The notes beneath the pieces were generated by a model. The model did no database searches and was not told the origin of the DNA. It saw only the letters and a program-made list of their open reading frames with translations. Both the position numbers and the translations under genes were made by a program. This document shows, piece after piece, positions 22,204 through 34,145 of a stretch of 37,914 bases of DNA. Source of the DNA: Reclinomonas americana ATCC 50394 (Eukaryota). The stretch is from NCBI GenBank assembly GCA_048213135.1, contig PS015452.1:71108-109021 (forward strand). Reading direction: 5' to 3'. Position 1 is the first letter of the stretch. Each line of letters begins with the position of its first letter.

Positions 22204-24795
22204 TCATTCTGATGATGGCGGTGGCGGTGGCGGTGGTGTGTGTCGATGCCTTCTTGCATCATGCGCATGGCCGTCATCGTGTCCACTTCCATCGTCGTCG
22301 TCGTCGTCGGCGTCACCACCGGGTGGCACTGTCGGTGTCCGACGATCCGCAACGTCGACCAGCTCGTCGTCGTCGTCGTGGTCGGTGGAGTGTCCGTTGG
22401 CAAGGCCGTTCGCTACCACCTCTGGTGCAGCAGCAGTCGCGGGAGCACTCTCGCCGCCCTCGGCTGGTGGTTTCGGCACGTCGCCGGCCTCCACGGTCAG
22501 CGATGTGCCCGACACCATCGACTGGCCGTCGTCCGACGATGATGCAAGCGACTCGACGCCATCGGCGCCCACTCCACCACCATTCGCAGTCGCCACCGGT
22601 ACCACCGTTGCAGGTGGCACTGGCGCAGGCGCTGGCGCTGGTGCTGATGGAGGCAGCAGCGGCGTGGCCACGGACTCGGCGGGGTCTGGCGATTGCGCGA
22701 CCGATCGGCCGTGCTGCTGTGCGTGCGCATGAGCACGCGACGCTGGCGAGGTCGGTGAGGCGGGCGTGTGCGTCAATGCAGCGGGGGCGGTCGGCGGGGA
22801 GACGGCTCGCGTGGCGGAGCGCGGTGCGTGAGCGTGCGGGGCGTGCGAGTGGGAGTGGTGAGCGTGTGTCGGCGCACTCTTCGGCGGCTGCGGATGACCG
22901 TGCCCGTGGTGACGCGACGACGCCTGCTCCACGTCGTGATGGTGCGCCTCGTCACTGCCGGCGTCGTCGCCGTGGTGGTGGTGGTGATCGTGATGGTCGT
23001 GGTCGTGGTCGTGGTCGTGTGAGTGATGATGATGATGGTGACCGCCGCCGTGATGATGGTGGTCGTGCGAGCAGCCGTGATGCGAGACCATTGACATGCG
23101 CACGGCAGCCGGGCCCTGGAGCACCGACGAGGAGCGCACCAGGCTGTCCCAGCTCTCCTTCTCAATCTGCACCGTAATGTCGGAAAAGTACGGCCGCAGA
23201 ATCTCGTGCACCTGGCAGAAGACAATGAGGTCAGCAACAACAAGAGCAGCACGCTTACCAATCACACAAGAACCTTACGCAGGACGGTTTGCTCGTGTGC
23301 ATCCTCACATATGCGAACGCTCACGGTCGCCACATTGTTGTGGCCAGAGAGCGTCCAAAAGTGCTCGTTGCGGCACTGCAGCACGCCCTCCAGGTGTGAA
23401 ATCTGCAGCAATAAGGTCAGCCTTTCCTGTCTCGCATACTTGCGGGAGTCATCTCACGCAACATCGCGCAGGCACTTGTCGATGGGTCCGATAAACTGCG
23501 TCGGTGCCGTCTGCAGCACAATCATCATGTTCGTGCGCATCTCGCGGAAATGCGCTCGCAGGACCATGAAGAGGACCACCACGGCAACAATGCCGTCGGC
23601 CATGTGTTCGCCACTGCGTGCCACCAGGGGAAAAAGTGAGTGGCCCGACTCTTCCTACTCCCTCCCTCCATGTCATCCATGCTCGCGACGTACCGCACGT
23701 AGCACACCATCGAGGCCACCACAGACGCCAGGGCCGTGCTAATGTCGAGCAGCAGGTTGGCGACGCCCGTATGGTACGAACCCTTGGCGCTCGGATCGTC
23801 TAGCAGACCCTCGGTCATGGACGAGGCCTGTCGTTGCTGCTGGCGCACCTTGGCACCAAACACACCCAGCCCCACCGACGCCGTGCCGAAGAAGAAGACC
23901 AATCCGCTGTGCGCACGCAGATGACGCTGTCAGCGAGAGAAAGTCGATTCGTGGTGCATATATTTATGTCGAGCACGCAACACATGCACAGTGTCGGGGC
24001 TGATGGTGCGCAGAAACACCTCCTTGAGCACCGACGCCCACACAAAGAAGAGCACGCAGTAGTTGCAGAACTTGCCCAGCACCTCAAAACGCTCAAACGT
24101 GACGCAACAACGAGTCAAGGAGGAGGAACAACAACAAAGCATCATCGCAAACATCAGCGCTGCTTGAAAAAAAAAGGATATCCAAACGTAAAGTGCTCAT
24201 CGGTCCGTCGCGAGAGCACCATGGAGAACATGACAATGTACAAGTGCACGCTCTGGAACAAGACATGGAACGAGTCGGCCATCAACGCTGCACAACACCA
24301 CACATGAGACCACCAGTGGTGCCGCATGAACCAATTTGAGGTCGATCGCGCACACGCACCGAGCGACGACGCCCACCAAATCGACACTGCCAACTGCAAC
24401 AACGCATACGCCGCACACACGTGCGCAAAGAGGAACCAGCCGCGATACTGCCGATCCTGCAACAAGACGCGCGCATTCCATCGCACCTCCTCCCACACCG
24501 ATCGCCCATGCGCATGATGGTGATGTCTCCCTGCGCTTCCATGATGATGATGATGTCGCGAGGAGGGTGTCACCACTGCTGTTGCTGCTGCTGCTGTGTC
24601 CAGTGCGGTCGACGAGTGAGGAGTTGTCGCTGTTGGTGAGACTGCGACTGCGACAGTGGGCGCAGTGGGCGTCACTGCTGCTGCTGCTGTGGCGACTGCG
24701 GGCATAGTGCCATTGCTGATGGGAACTGCCACGGCAGTCGGGCCACTGCGCTTCATCTCTCTGTGTGAAAGTGTGTGTGTGAGTTTGGGCGACAT
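22204..24795 (-). CDS. SLC30A6: Cation diffusion facilitator zinc transporter, ZnT6-like (ZnT5/6/7 group), with a long His-rich C-terminal extension
   Basis: SLALMADSFH and FTFGFERFEVL motifs. The C-terminal domain LQTAPTQFIGPIDKCLRDISHLEGVLQCRNEHFWTL...AHEQTVL...ITVQIEKESW closely resembles ZnT6. Orthology is not tested. Confidence 0.8.
24099..24181 (-). other. U12-type (minor spliceosome) AT-AC intron in the ZnT gene
   Basis: 5' end ATATCCTTT, branch point TCCTTGAC 16 nt from a 3' CAC. Removal restores the conserved FTFG|FERFEVL. Confidence 0.92.
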
Positions 24796-25190
24796 GCCCC
24801 GTTATCGCACAATCAGAAGTCGGCACGCGCGTGTATGTGCGACCGACTGGGTGGAGTGTGTGGGGCAAGGGGAAGAGAGAGCAGTCACCTTTCCCGTCTC
24901 TGTCGGTCGTTTCGTTGGACGCGCGGCAGGCGGGACACACGCGTCTTTCTGTCGACGTTGTTAATCACACTCTCACTTGACAACGTTGAGAAACAACAAG
25001 TATTACATTCTTTTTCTTTCCACCCCACCAGGATTTAACAAAGACATATACCGAGTAGGTGATCACCCAAGCACACACACACTCTCCGTAATTTTTCAAA
25101 ATGCAAACAGACACACACAGATACAACAACAAAAGGGAAAAGATAACAACACGGGCGGGCACGCGCGCGCCTCCCGCGTCAACTCCATGG

Positions 25191-28100
25191 CTATGAGAGC
25201 ATGGCCACGAGCTTGGAGCGGTCGGCGTCTGACAGCGCGGCGGCTGCGTCCGAGAACTCGGACGGGATTGCCGACTGCAGCGCGCGCACCAGCGACTGCG
25301 TGGCGGCCTTGACGTCGGTCTTGGGCTCCTTCAGCAGCTTCACTGCCATTGGCAGCACTTGCCGCGTCAGTACGCCCGGTCGCTGGCGAGCCACCTCGTC
25401 GATCGAGTCTGCAACGTGCCTCCATCATCAGTCACTGTGCGTTTCCCCTCGCGAGCGCCACACAAAGATTGCTCACCTGCCAGCTTTTGCACCAGCTGCG
25501 CCTTGACCTTCATGTTGCCGTACATGATCTCGTGCACCACATGCGGCGCAATCACCGACGCTTGTGCGGCCGTGAACACGTGGTCAAACACCTCGGTGGC
25601 CTGCGAGCGCACCGCCGGTGTCGACGACGCCATGTTGCTGACGAGTGCTGGCGTGAGGCGATTGAGCACAGGCTCAACCGCGTCGCCAAACGCCGGCACA
25701 ATGCGCTCCAGCGACTGCAGCGCCGCCGCGAGGACTTTCGGATTGGGATCCGACAGACGCGACAACATCGGGTCAAAGGTGGTCACCAGTCGATCCGCCG
25801 TGCGAATGTACTCGGCCTCACTGACCAGCAGCTGCTCCAGTTGTGAGATACCCGACATGCGATCTCGCCAGTCTGCGCGACACCCGTCAGGAAAAAAAAA
25901 ACTAATCACAAAAGAGCGCACAAACACGCACCACTCGACGAAATCGCCGTGTTGATCTCCGGTAGTGCCTCAAAGGCAGACGGCTCGGGTCCTACCGAAG
26001 AGCGACCGGCACGCGATCCGGAGCGAGTGGCTCGCGAAATGGAGCGCACACGAGTGGACGGTGTACCGATTTCGACTGCCACAGCAGTGAGAAACACCAT
26101 GTGGAGAGAGAGAGGGGGAGAGAGGGAGAGGGAGAATAGAGACGTTACCATCCACGGGTGTTCCGTTCGTCTGTCGTGACGTCGGCGTCTCGCGAAGCGG
26201 GCTGCTACGCGGACTCGACTGTGTCTTGCCACTGCCGACACGCTCGCGTGCACTCGGTCGTCGAGGTGGTGGCGGTCCCTGTGACATCGGAGTGAGTGCA
26301 AGTCATCGGGAGGCGGATGCGTTGCGGGGGAGACTGAACACACCGCAATGCCCGACGCCGATCCGGCGGCAGCAGACGGCTGCACGTCGCCTCCACGTAG
26401 CGCAGACTCGCGGAACTTTTCAATCGCATCGGCCTTGAGGTACTGACGCAGGAATTTCTCAAACGCGCTCATGTCGCGATCAAATCTGCAAGCACGAATC
26501 AGCACAAAATCATGGAGACTTGCTTAATCAATCACTGTGTACCCTTGCAGTGCATAGGCTGCGGCCTGCTTGGCGGCATTGCGCGTCTCGGCGGAAGCGT
26601 CGCCCAACATGCGCGACACACCCGACACGAAGCGCTCCGCCTCACGTGATCCGTTCAGTTTGGATCCCTGCGACACATCACGCACGGTTTTTTTGAGTCA
26701 AGCGAACTCTTCTCATCCATCTCACACACACCACGACTCACCATGATCATCGACCAGTGTGCTATCGCGGCGGCGACCTTGGAACGCACGACCGCTGATT
26801 TGTGTTGTGAGTGCGCAAGGAGCGCAGCCAGCGCTGCACCACGGCTACAGTGTTCCACACACGCCAACATTGTCTTTTCCACCTCTTCGATGATGAATTT
26901 GGCGTCGACGGCCTTCTTGAACAGAGCCAACAGCTGAGAGAGAGAGAGAGAGAGAGAGATAGAGCAGAAAATGATCCGTGCGTGTCAGCAACATCGTCCT
27001 CGCAGTCCTCACAGGCGCGCAGAAAGTGAGCGCAACGATATTGTCGAGTTCCACGTCGAGCACCCGTCCCAAATGCTCCACCATGAACGAGAGCGTGCGC
27101 AGCGCATTCTTCGACACGGCCGACCGACCGTTGCCGACTGATTTGAGCAGCACGAGCACCACAGAGTGACTGTAGAAGGAGAAAAAGAATTCGGCAAGCA
27201 ACGATGAGATCACGAGAGCAAGAGAGTGGTGAGAGCGCGAGTGGCACGCAACGCCAGTGGGGAAACAAGCTCCGAATGGTGAACGACGAGGCGGCGCATG
27301 ATATTTAGCGACTCCATTTCCTTGACCCAATCCTCCTGACTGCGTTCCTGGCTCAGCGTGTCGAGTGCAAGCTGTATCACACGCGAAGTGATGAGCAGAA
27401 GGAAAACTGAGAAGACTTGTCGCGATCGACGAACTCGCAAGGCACGATCGGGATTCGGCACCGGCACCACATCCTCCGGCGCCAACTCCTCCACCGGCTT
27501 GGCGCCGAGTTCTGCCACGGCTCGACGATTGACGGCCTTGTTGGCTGCGCAGAGACACAGCAGTGAGCGTACTGTGCGGGTACAGGTGAGAGGCGACTCG
27601 AGCATGACGCACGACTTCTGTAGCTCTCGTTGCGTGCACGTTCGCCACCAAGCGAGTCGCTGTCGCCAGCGTCCATGTCGAACATGGACGACGGTGACAC
27701 GGGCGTGGCCTGATGGCGACTGAGACGACTCTTTGCCGCCGGTGACACCGTGTTGACAGCTACGTGTGTGTTAACAAGTCAGTGACACAAGACTACTAAA
27801 ACCGTGCTCCACTTCAACCGCACGCACATGAACCCTCGCTCTCGGTCGAGTACGACACGGAATCGCTGCCCTTGACGTCAGAGACGCGTGAACCTGCGAG
27901 CACACAACGATGAGCGACCACGGCGACGACATAATAAATATCAGAGTGCAGCGCAGACTACAAACCAGTGCGCCCGTGTCGGCGAACAGGGTGTGGCGAG
28001 TCTTCAATCTCATCCGGCGTATTCCTGCCGCACACACACACACATGTGAGACACACAATACGCAAGAGCCTCAGAAAATCAAGCATGCACAAACCTCGGC

Positions 28101-31100
28101 TTGTCGTCGTCGCCCGGCAGGTGCACAGGTGAGTAGTACTGAGCCGCGTGACTGGCTGGCATCGGTCGAATGGGCGCTTCGTCGGTGGTACGTCCAGAGA
28201 GCGGACTGATTACTTCCGGTCGCGCATCTGCTGGCCGCACACATCGTGTCGTGAGTGGACGGCGCTCACAAAAAATGGAGGTGCTTGACGCAGCACAACG
28301 CAACGGTTCGGTGACACGGACGAGGAGCTGGAGTACGTGTTGGCACGTTGTCGTCCACCGGGCGAGCGGCCGCCACGGTGCATTCGAAGAAGACTCAACT
28401 TGTCCGAGTCCACACCTACGCCGGCAAGTGAGCAGAAAAGAAGAGGACCTCAGCCTCGAGTCATGACATCCAAACCATTGTCGCGGTCCACGGTGGACGG
28501 TGTCGCTGCCGTCACGGACACTGCAGGCATCGAGTCGTGGGAGCTGCTGCTTTTGGGGAGAACGAGAGAGAGAGAGAGAGAGGAGGTCAGAGACGCTGAT
28601 GCAGACCGTGGCGAAAAAACATGACTTACCCAGTAGGATCATCGATGCGAAGCTCGGCCACATTGAACGCCGCTGCGTCAGCGCATACGTGAGAAACACA
28701 TCGTCATCACAAACTAGAGAAATGAGACGCACAAGATAATCTTCTCGAGCGCAGTCCCGACAATTCGTCGTACTCGTGTCGCGGTGGCTGTGAAAGAGAC
28801 ACACAAAATCAATGGTGAGCCGCGCTGTGCTCGACATGCGCACACTGCCACACCACAAACCGTGCGTTGCATCTGCTGCGTCTGCTGCTGTGGCACAGCC
28901 GAGTCCGACATGTGCTTTTGGTGCATGTGATTCCCCGACAGCATCGCGGCGCCAACATGCACACTCTGTTGTCCTCCATTCGGTCGCAGTTGATCAATCG
29001 GCAACCACTGCTTGATCTTGTCTTGATCGCCAGCATACTCGGGCCCTGTGCACATTGGTCAACCACTGCGACTCGCGACAAAAGACTTGGCGCAGTGACG
29101 AAACGAGCAAACACGGAGCCAGCATCCGAAAAGTTCGTCGACACTTGCGACACGGTCTCGCGTCCCTTGACAGGCGTACCGAAAGCAATTTGCCTGCACC
29201 CCATTCGAGTCAGTCGCACGACTCAATCGAGACAGACGAGTGCCGCGAGGTCAGACGCAACACAGGCGGGCGGTCCTCGTCAGACGATGAGTTGGACGAT
29301 TTCGGATCGCTGGTCAACTTGCTGAACGCCGACTGGTGACGCGCAGGCTGTGCACCAGCGGCCTGCTGTCCCTGCGTGCCATTTGCACCGCGGCGTACCG
29401 GATCCTTCTTGATCGGCGCCGAGTTGTAGCGCTGATTACGATGTCCGCCCTGCGCAGACAAAGAGATGAATACGAGAGACCACACGCCGCCCACTCGTCA
29501 ATCTTTTGCCAGCGACGCAACATCTTGGCCAGGTGGGGGTGCTGTGAATGCCGACTCCTCCGAATCCACCGACGCCTGATCAGTTGGGAACTCACCACCG
29601 CGGGCCTGGTACGCCGGCAGGTAATCCATGGCGCTGCGTGAACCCCGCAGCGGGTGCTGACGAGCAGCCACGGGGATTTCGTCCTCGTTGGCGTACTCGG
29701 TGGATGGCGATGAACCGCCCGTCAACTCGTCCTCCGACTCCTCCATGCGCGCACTGAGACCGCGACCGGTGCCACTCAACTGCCGCAGCAGCTTAAACTT
29801 GGAGTTCTGTGCGTGCCTTCCTCCGCGCACGCGCTCCAAGGGATCGGTCGACACGGTGCGTGCCGACAAATCATCATCGGTTTGGTTCGAGCCATCACCG
29901 CCCACACGCAGTGCCGCGTTTGGCAGCGGCGTCGCAAACGGTAATCTGCCCGAATCACTGCCGGCCGAGGTGAGCCGTGGTGGTCGCCCATCGCTGCGCG
30001 GTGGCATTCCCATGACCGAGGGAACCGACGGTGCCACTGACGAAGAGCCATTGGCACCGCGGCCAGAGATACGCGCCGAGCCAAACTGGTGACTCTGATT
30101 CACCCGCGTGTCCTCTGCAACACAGACGAGTGAGAACCACGGTGACAGGAGGGGGGGGGGGGGGGGAAAGGAGCGGTGCGTGCTTGCTGACAGTCGGAGG
30201 GACAGACGAACCGACTCGCTTGCGACGCGGAGCGCTGAGATCGGCCGGCAAACTGCGCGTGCTCTTGGGCGTCGGTGGTGCATCGGCGGCGGCCAGTGCG
30301 GGGTGATCGAGCGTCCCATCGCGCATGACCACGGGCAGATGCGGCTTGGAGAACCGCTCCTGCAGCAGTTCGTAGGTCTCGCGGTCGCGCAGCGTCATGC
30401 TGGTCAACAGCGGATCCAGACGATGCCCGATAATGTTCTTGATGACGGCAAACGCCTCCAGCGCCACGAACTTCACCTGCGCGTTGCACACAGAGCATTG
30501 AGTCCCGATTCCTCCTCACACATGCATCTGAATTGTGCCGATCTCACCTTGTTCTTGGTGTCCTTTAGCGCCACGGTCAACCGACTGACAATCGCGGGAA
30601 AATCAAACTCCACGCGAGATCGGTAACTCAAAAGCAAAACAATGATAAAGTTGATCATCTCCTCCTTCACGTACTTGGACGTCGACGAGTCCAAGTACGG
30701 CAGCAGCTTGTTCAACAGCAGCACCGGACCCACGGCCTCGGCGAGCCGGATAAAGAATTGTGTGGTGCTCTGTCGTGTGGGCGTCTTCGGGTCCTCCCAT
30801 TTCTGGAGCGTGGTGAAACAGGGTTGTGTGAGTGGCACGTTACGCACCCTTATCACGACGCGTGCAACCTCACCTTGACGAGTTTGGGCAGGATCACGTT
30901 GAGGTACGGCTTCATTTCGCCGCGTGTGCGCTCCACCAGCACCGTGAGGAACTGCACAGCCAGACTGCAGATCTGGTAGTTGCTGTCGCCCAGCAGCGGC
31001 AGCACCATGGTCTCCAGCAAGTCAAAAATGTGTGGAATCACCACATCGTGTTGCGGAGCATCCTCGAACGCGCGAATCAACTGTGTCACAGTGCAAAGCA

Positions 31101-33152
31101 AAGAGTGAGCACAGCGTGCATTTTTTGGAAAAAGGAAAACACCGAGGAACGACCGGCGGCCACTCACCGCCTTGGCCGCAGTGAGGCGATCACGCCAGTT
31201 GGCGCTCTGGCCCTGCACACAGATGCTGTCGGGGAGGAAGCCGAAACGCATCGGCTCCTCTGGCGTACTGAACATGGAAATCGCCACACCCGACGGCGCA
31301 GCCGTGTGCCCGCTCGACGACGACGACGTCGGCGAGTAGGCCGACGACGGAGATGCCGGACCTCGTGCCTGGTAGTGATTGGAAGACGAGGAGCCACTGA
31401 CGGACTGCCGCAGTGCGGGCGCGGAGCCGGCAGGAGGTGCCGGTGGACCGCTGATCGAACTCTGTTTTCATGCGCGGAAAGGAGTGAGGCACTGCGTAAA
31501 ACACACACGTGCGCGCGCACACAGCATCCACAAACCCGCGGCGCCGCCTTGAGCATCACTTCGACATCGTTCAGCAACGCGACAGCCTAATGCGCTCAAC
31601 GAGATGAGCAACACAAATCGCACACCACTGCCTTTCTCTCTCCCTCTCTCATCGCATGACTGTACCTTGCGGGCGGCAGCCTGCACTGTGCCGACAGCGT
31701 CACCCTCCAACGGCGAGAGAGCATTCCGCAGAGCACCAATGTCGATCCGCTCGACCGGTAATCTCGGCGGTGCCATGCCCGACGATCCCGATGTGGGCGA
31801 GGCGCTCGACACCACCACTGCGGCGGCCATGGCGCGGCCGGAGACAGAGGCGCGTGGTCGCATTGGACCCGCCTCCTCCGCCGCCGACACCACAGTGGCC
31901 AGCCACACTCCCAGCGCCTCGGCGCCGTGCAAGCGACCGGCAATGGTCGACGAGCGGAGACAAATGCGAAACACACGATCCATCACAGTCTGCGGCTTCT
32001 CCGCGCGATGCATGTAGACAGCCAGCGTCTCCACCGCAGCAGCACGCACAGCCAGTCGATCGTGAGCCAAGGCGCGCACACACGAGTCGAGAGTCCGCAT
32101 CAAGGCCGACTCCGCACTCTGCTCCCGTAATCTCCAGTGCTCCATAATCAGTCGCATGGTCGTCAGCGTCTTGTGCGTCACCATCCACGAGTCACCGCCG
32201 GCGGCGCCCGGACGCAGTGCCGCATCCAGCGCATCCACTAACCTGCTGCACTCGCCGTTCGCCGACAAGCACGTCACCAGCACCTGTCGATCACTCAACA
32301 GCGTCTCCAGTCCCTCCAATCGCCCCATCACACTGCCACTCTCTAGTTGCTCCAGCAGCGCCAGGTGCGTCGGCAAATCACTAATCCCGGCCGCCGCCGA
32401 CGCCGACAGCGCCGTGGTCAGTGAGAGATTGCGCGGAGAGGATGCGGTGGACGACGAAGACGACGATTGCGCGCCACTAGAACCCTTGCGCTGATGTGCC
32501 GGCGACGGTGCTGCCACTGAGTGTGTGACAGAGAGTGTGAGATATCGAAACGGGTGCAGTTGCGCGCCATGGCACGACCCCCGAGACACACACGCTTTCT
32601 CTCTGTCTGTCGATACACACACACATGTGCGCGCGTGCGGGCGTACACAGACACACATATATACAACACGCGAGACACACACACACACAGAGGTGGGAGA
32701 CACAGAGAGTGATGATGGCCATGACACGCACCGCCACTCTTGCTCTTGCCCCCAGACGGCACCCGCGAGCGCGGCAGTGGTGGTTTCGCCGAGGGTAGCC
32801 GCTTACTCGGCACCGCCTCCTCTTCCTCCTCATCATCCTCCTCAAACGACGAGTACTCCTCCTCATCATCGTCCTCCTCCTCATCGTCATCGTCAACAGC
32901 CACTGCTCTCTTCACCGCTGGCATGGGCTTGCGCACGACCACCGCTTCTTCTTCGTCTTCCTCGTCGTCTTCGTCTTCGTCTTCTTCTTCTTCTTCTTCA
33001 TCGTCGTCGTCGTCTTCCTCTTCCTCATCGTCGTCTTCATCGTCGTCGTCGTCCTCATCATCGTCGTCATCGTCGTCGTCCTCATCGCGGCGCACAGGCG
33101 GCGGTTGAGGCACAGACATGCGCCGCAGAGTGGCGCGCGTCAGTGGATCCAT
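25191..33152 (-). CDS. TOGARAM1: TOG-array ciliary microtubule regulator (crescerin/TOGARAM/CHE-12 family), more than 25 exons
   Basis: Two N-terminal and two C-terminal HEAT/TOG blocks flank a long disordered linker. Motifs include NWRDRLTA, LLGDSNYQI, EDWVKEMESLNIMRRL, GRSAVSKNA and DWRDRMSGI...RLSDPNPKV. The linker introns I traced splice in phase. Confidence 0.85.
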
Positions 33153-33481
33153 TCACACACACACACGCTGACAGCACTGATTGACTGACAACGGTCAATG
33201 TCGTCTGTGCACCAATCGACAAGAAACACACAGAGACAGTGAGTGAGTGAGTGGGTGAGATGGGATGGGTGGTGGTGGGAGGCTGAAAAGCACGGCGAGA
33301 GACAGGTGAGCTGATGATACGCACCTCACAAACACAAACGCAACCGGTTGTTGAGTGGACAAATATTGTGAGTGGACAAATACTTCGCGTGACTCATCAA
33401 TACCCGCCACTTTAGGGTCTGCGAACCATCGCGCTTCGCAATGGGAATGATGGTGGTCAATGCTAGACCTGCATCGCACAA

Positions 33482-33743
33482 GTTAACCAGGCCGCAGCGC
33501 GCGCAACTTGATCATGAGTGACGTCGACAAAAATCTCGAGTTGCGCATGCACTCCGGATCCGAGCAATTCAAGGCGGTTCGAATTCCCGGGCCCCGTGAT
33601 CAGCCACAGCCTCTGGCAATCCCTAGAAATCAGCTCATCACAGCGCACGTGATTGACCAATACTGCACATGTAATGCGCTGCGCGCGGTGATCGATATCA
33701 TGATCATATGATCTCGACTTGTACATGTGGATCCGGAGCTCCG
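33482..33743. other. Intergenic tract of densely overlapping short palindromes
   Basis: About 30 hexamer palindromes counted by eye, including ten overlapping pairs (see findings). Confidence 0.9.
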
Positions 33744-34145
33744 AGAGCGAACACACACACACACACACAAGAAACCTGCTGCAGCCTCAAGATTGGTGTC
33801 TGTGTTGATGTTTTGGATACGGTTGAACTTGGTCATCAAGACTTGTTTGTTGGTGAATGAATTTGTTGTTGTTGTCTCGCGATCGCGAGATTGATCGTAT
33901 GGCATCAAAGGTTAGCGAGCGTGCGTGGTGGTCATCGTCATCCGGACTTAACACACACTGTCGCTGCGTTAACAGTGCGAATGCAAGTGACGGGGCACAG
34001 AAGGGTGTACTATTTGGGTAAAAAAACACACAGACATCCAGGAGTGGAAGAAAAGAGCAACGAGAAAATGAGATGTGAGTGGCAGAGGAAACGACAAGGT
34101 ATGCTGGTGCACAGGCGCGTCGCACTCCTCGACGCCACCACCCAT

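Noticed and set aside
33463-33908. ORFs across the palindrome tract (33463-33768 minus, 33508-33711 plus, 33630-33908 minus)
   Set aside because: No recognisable domain or convincing splice model, and two run through a CA microsatellite. Coding potential is not fully excluded.
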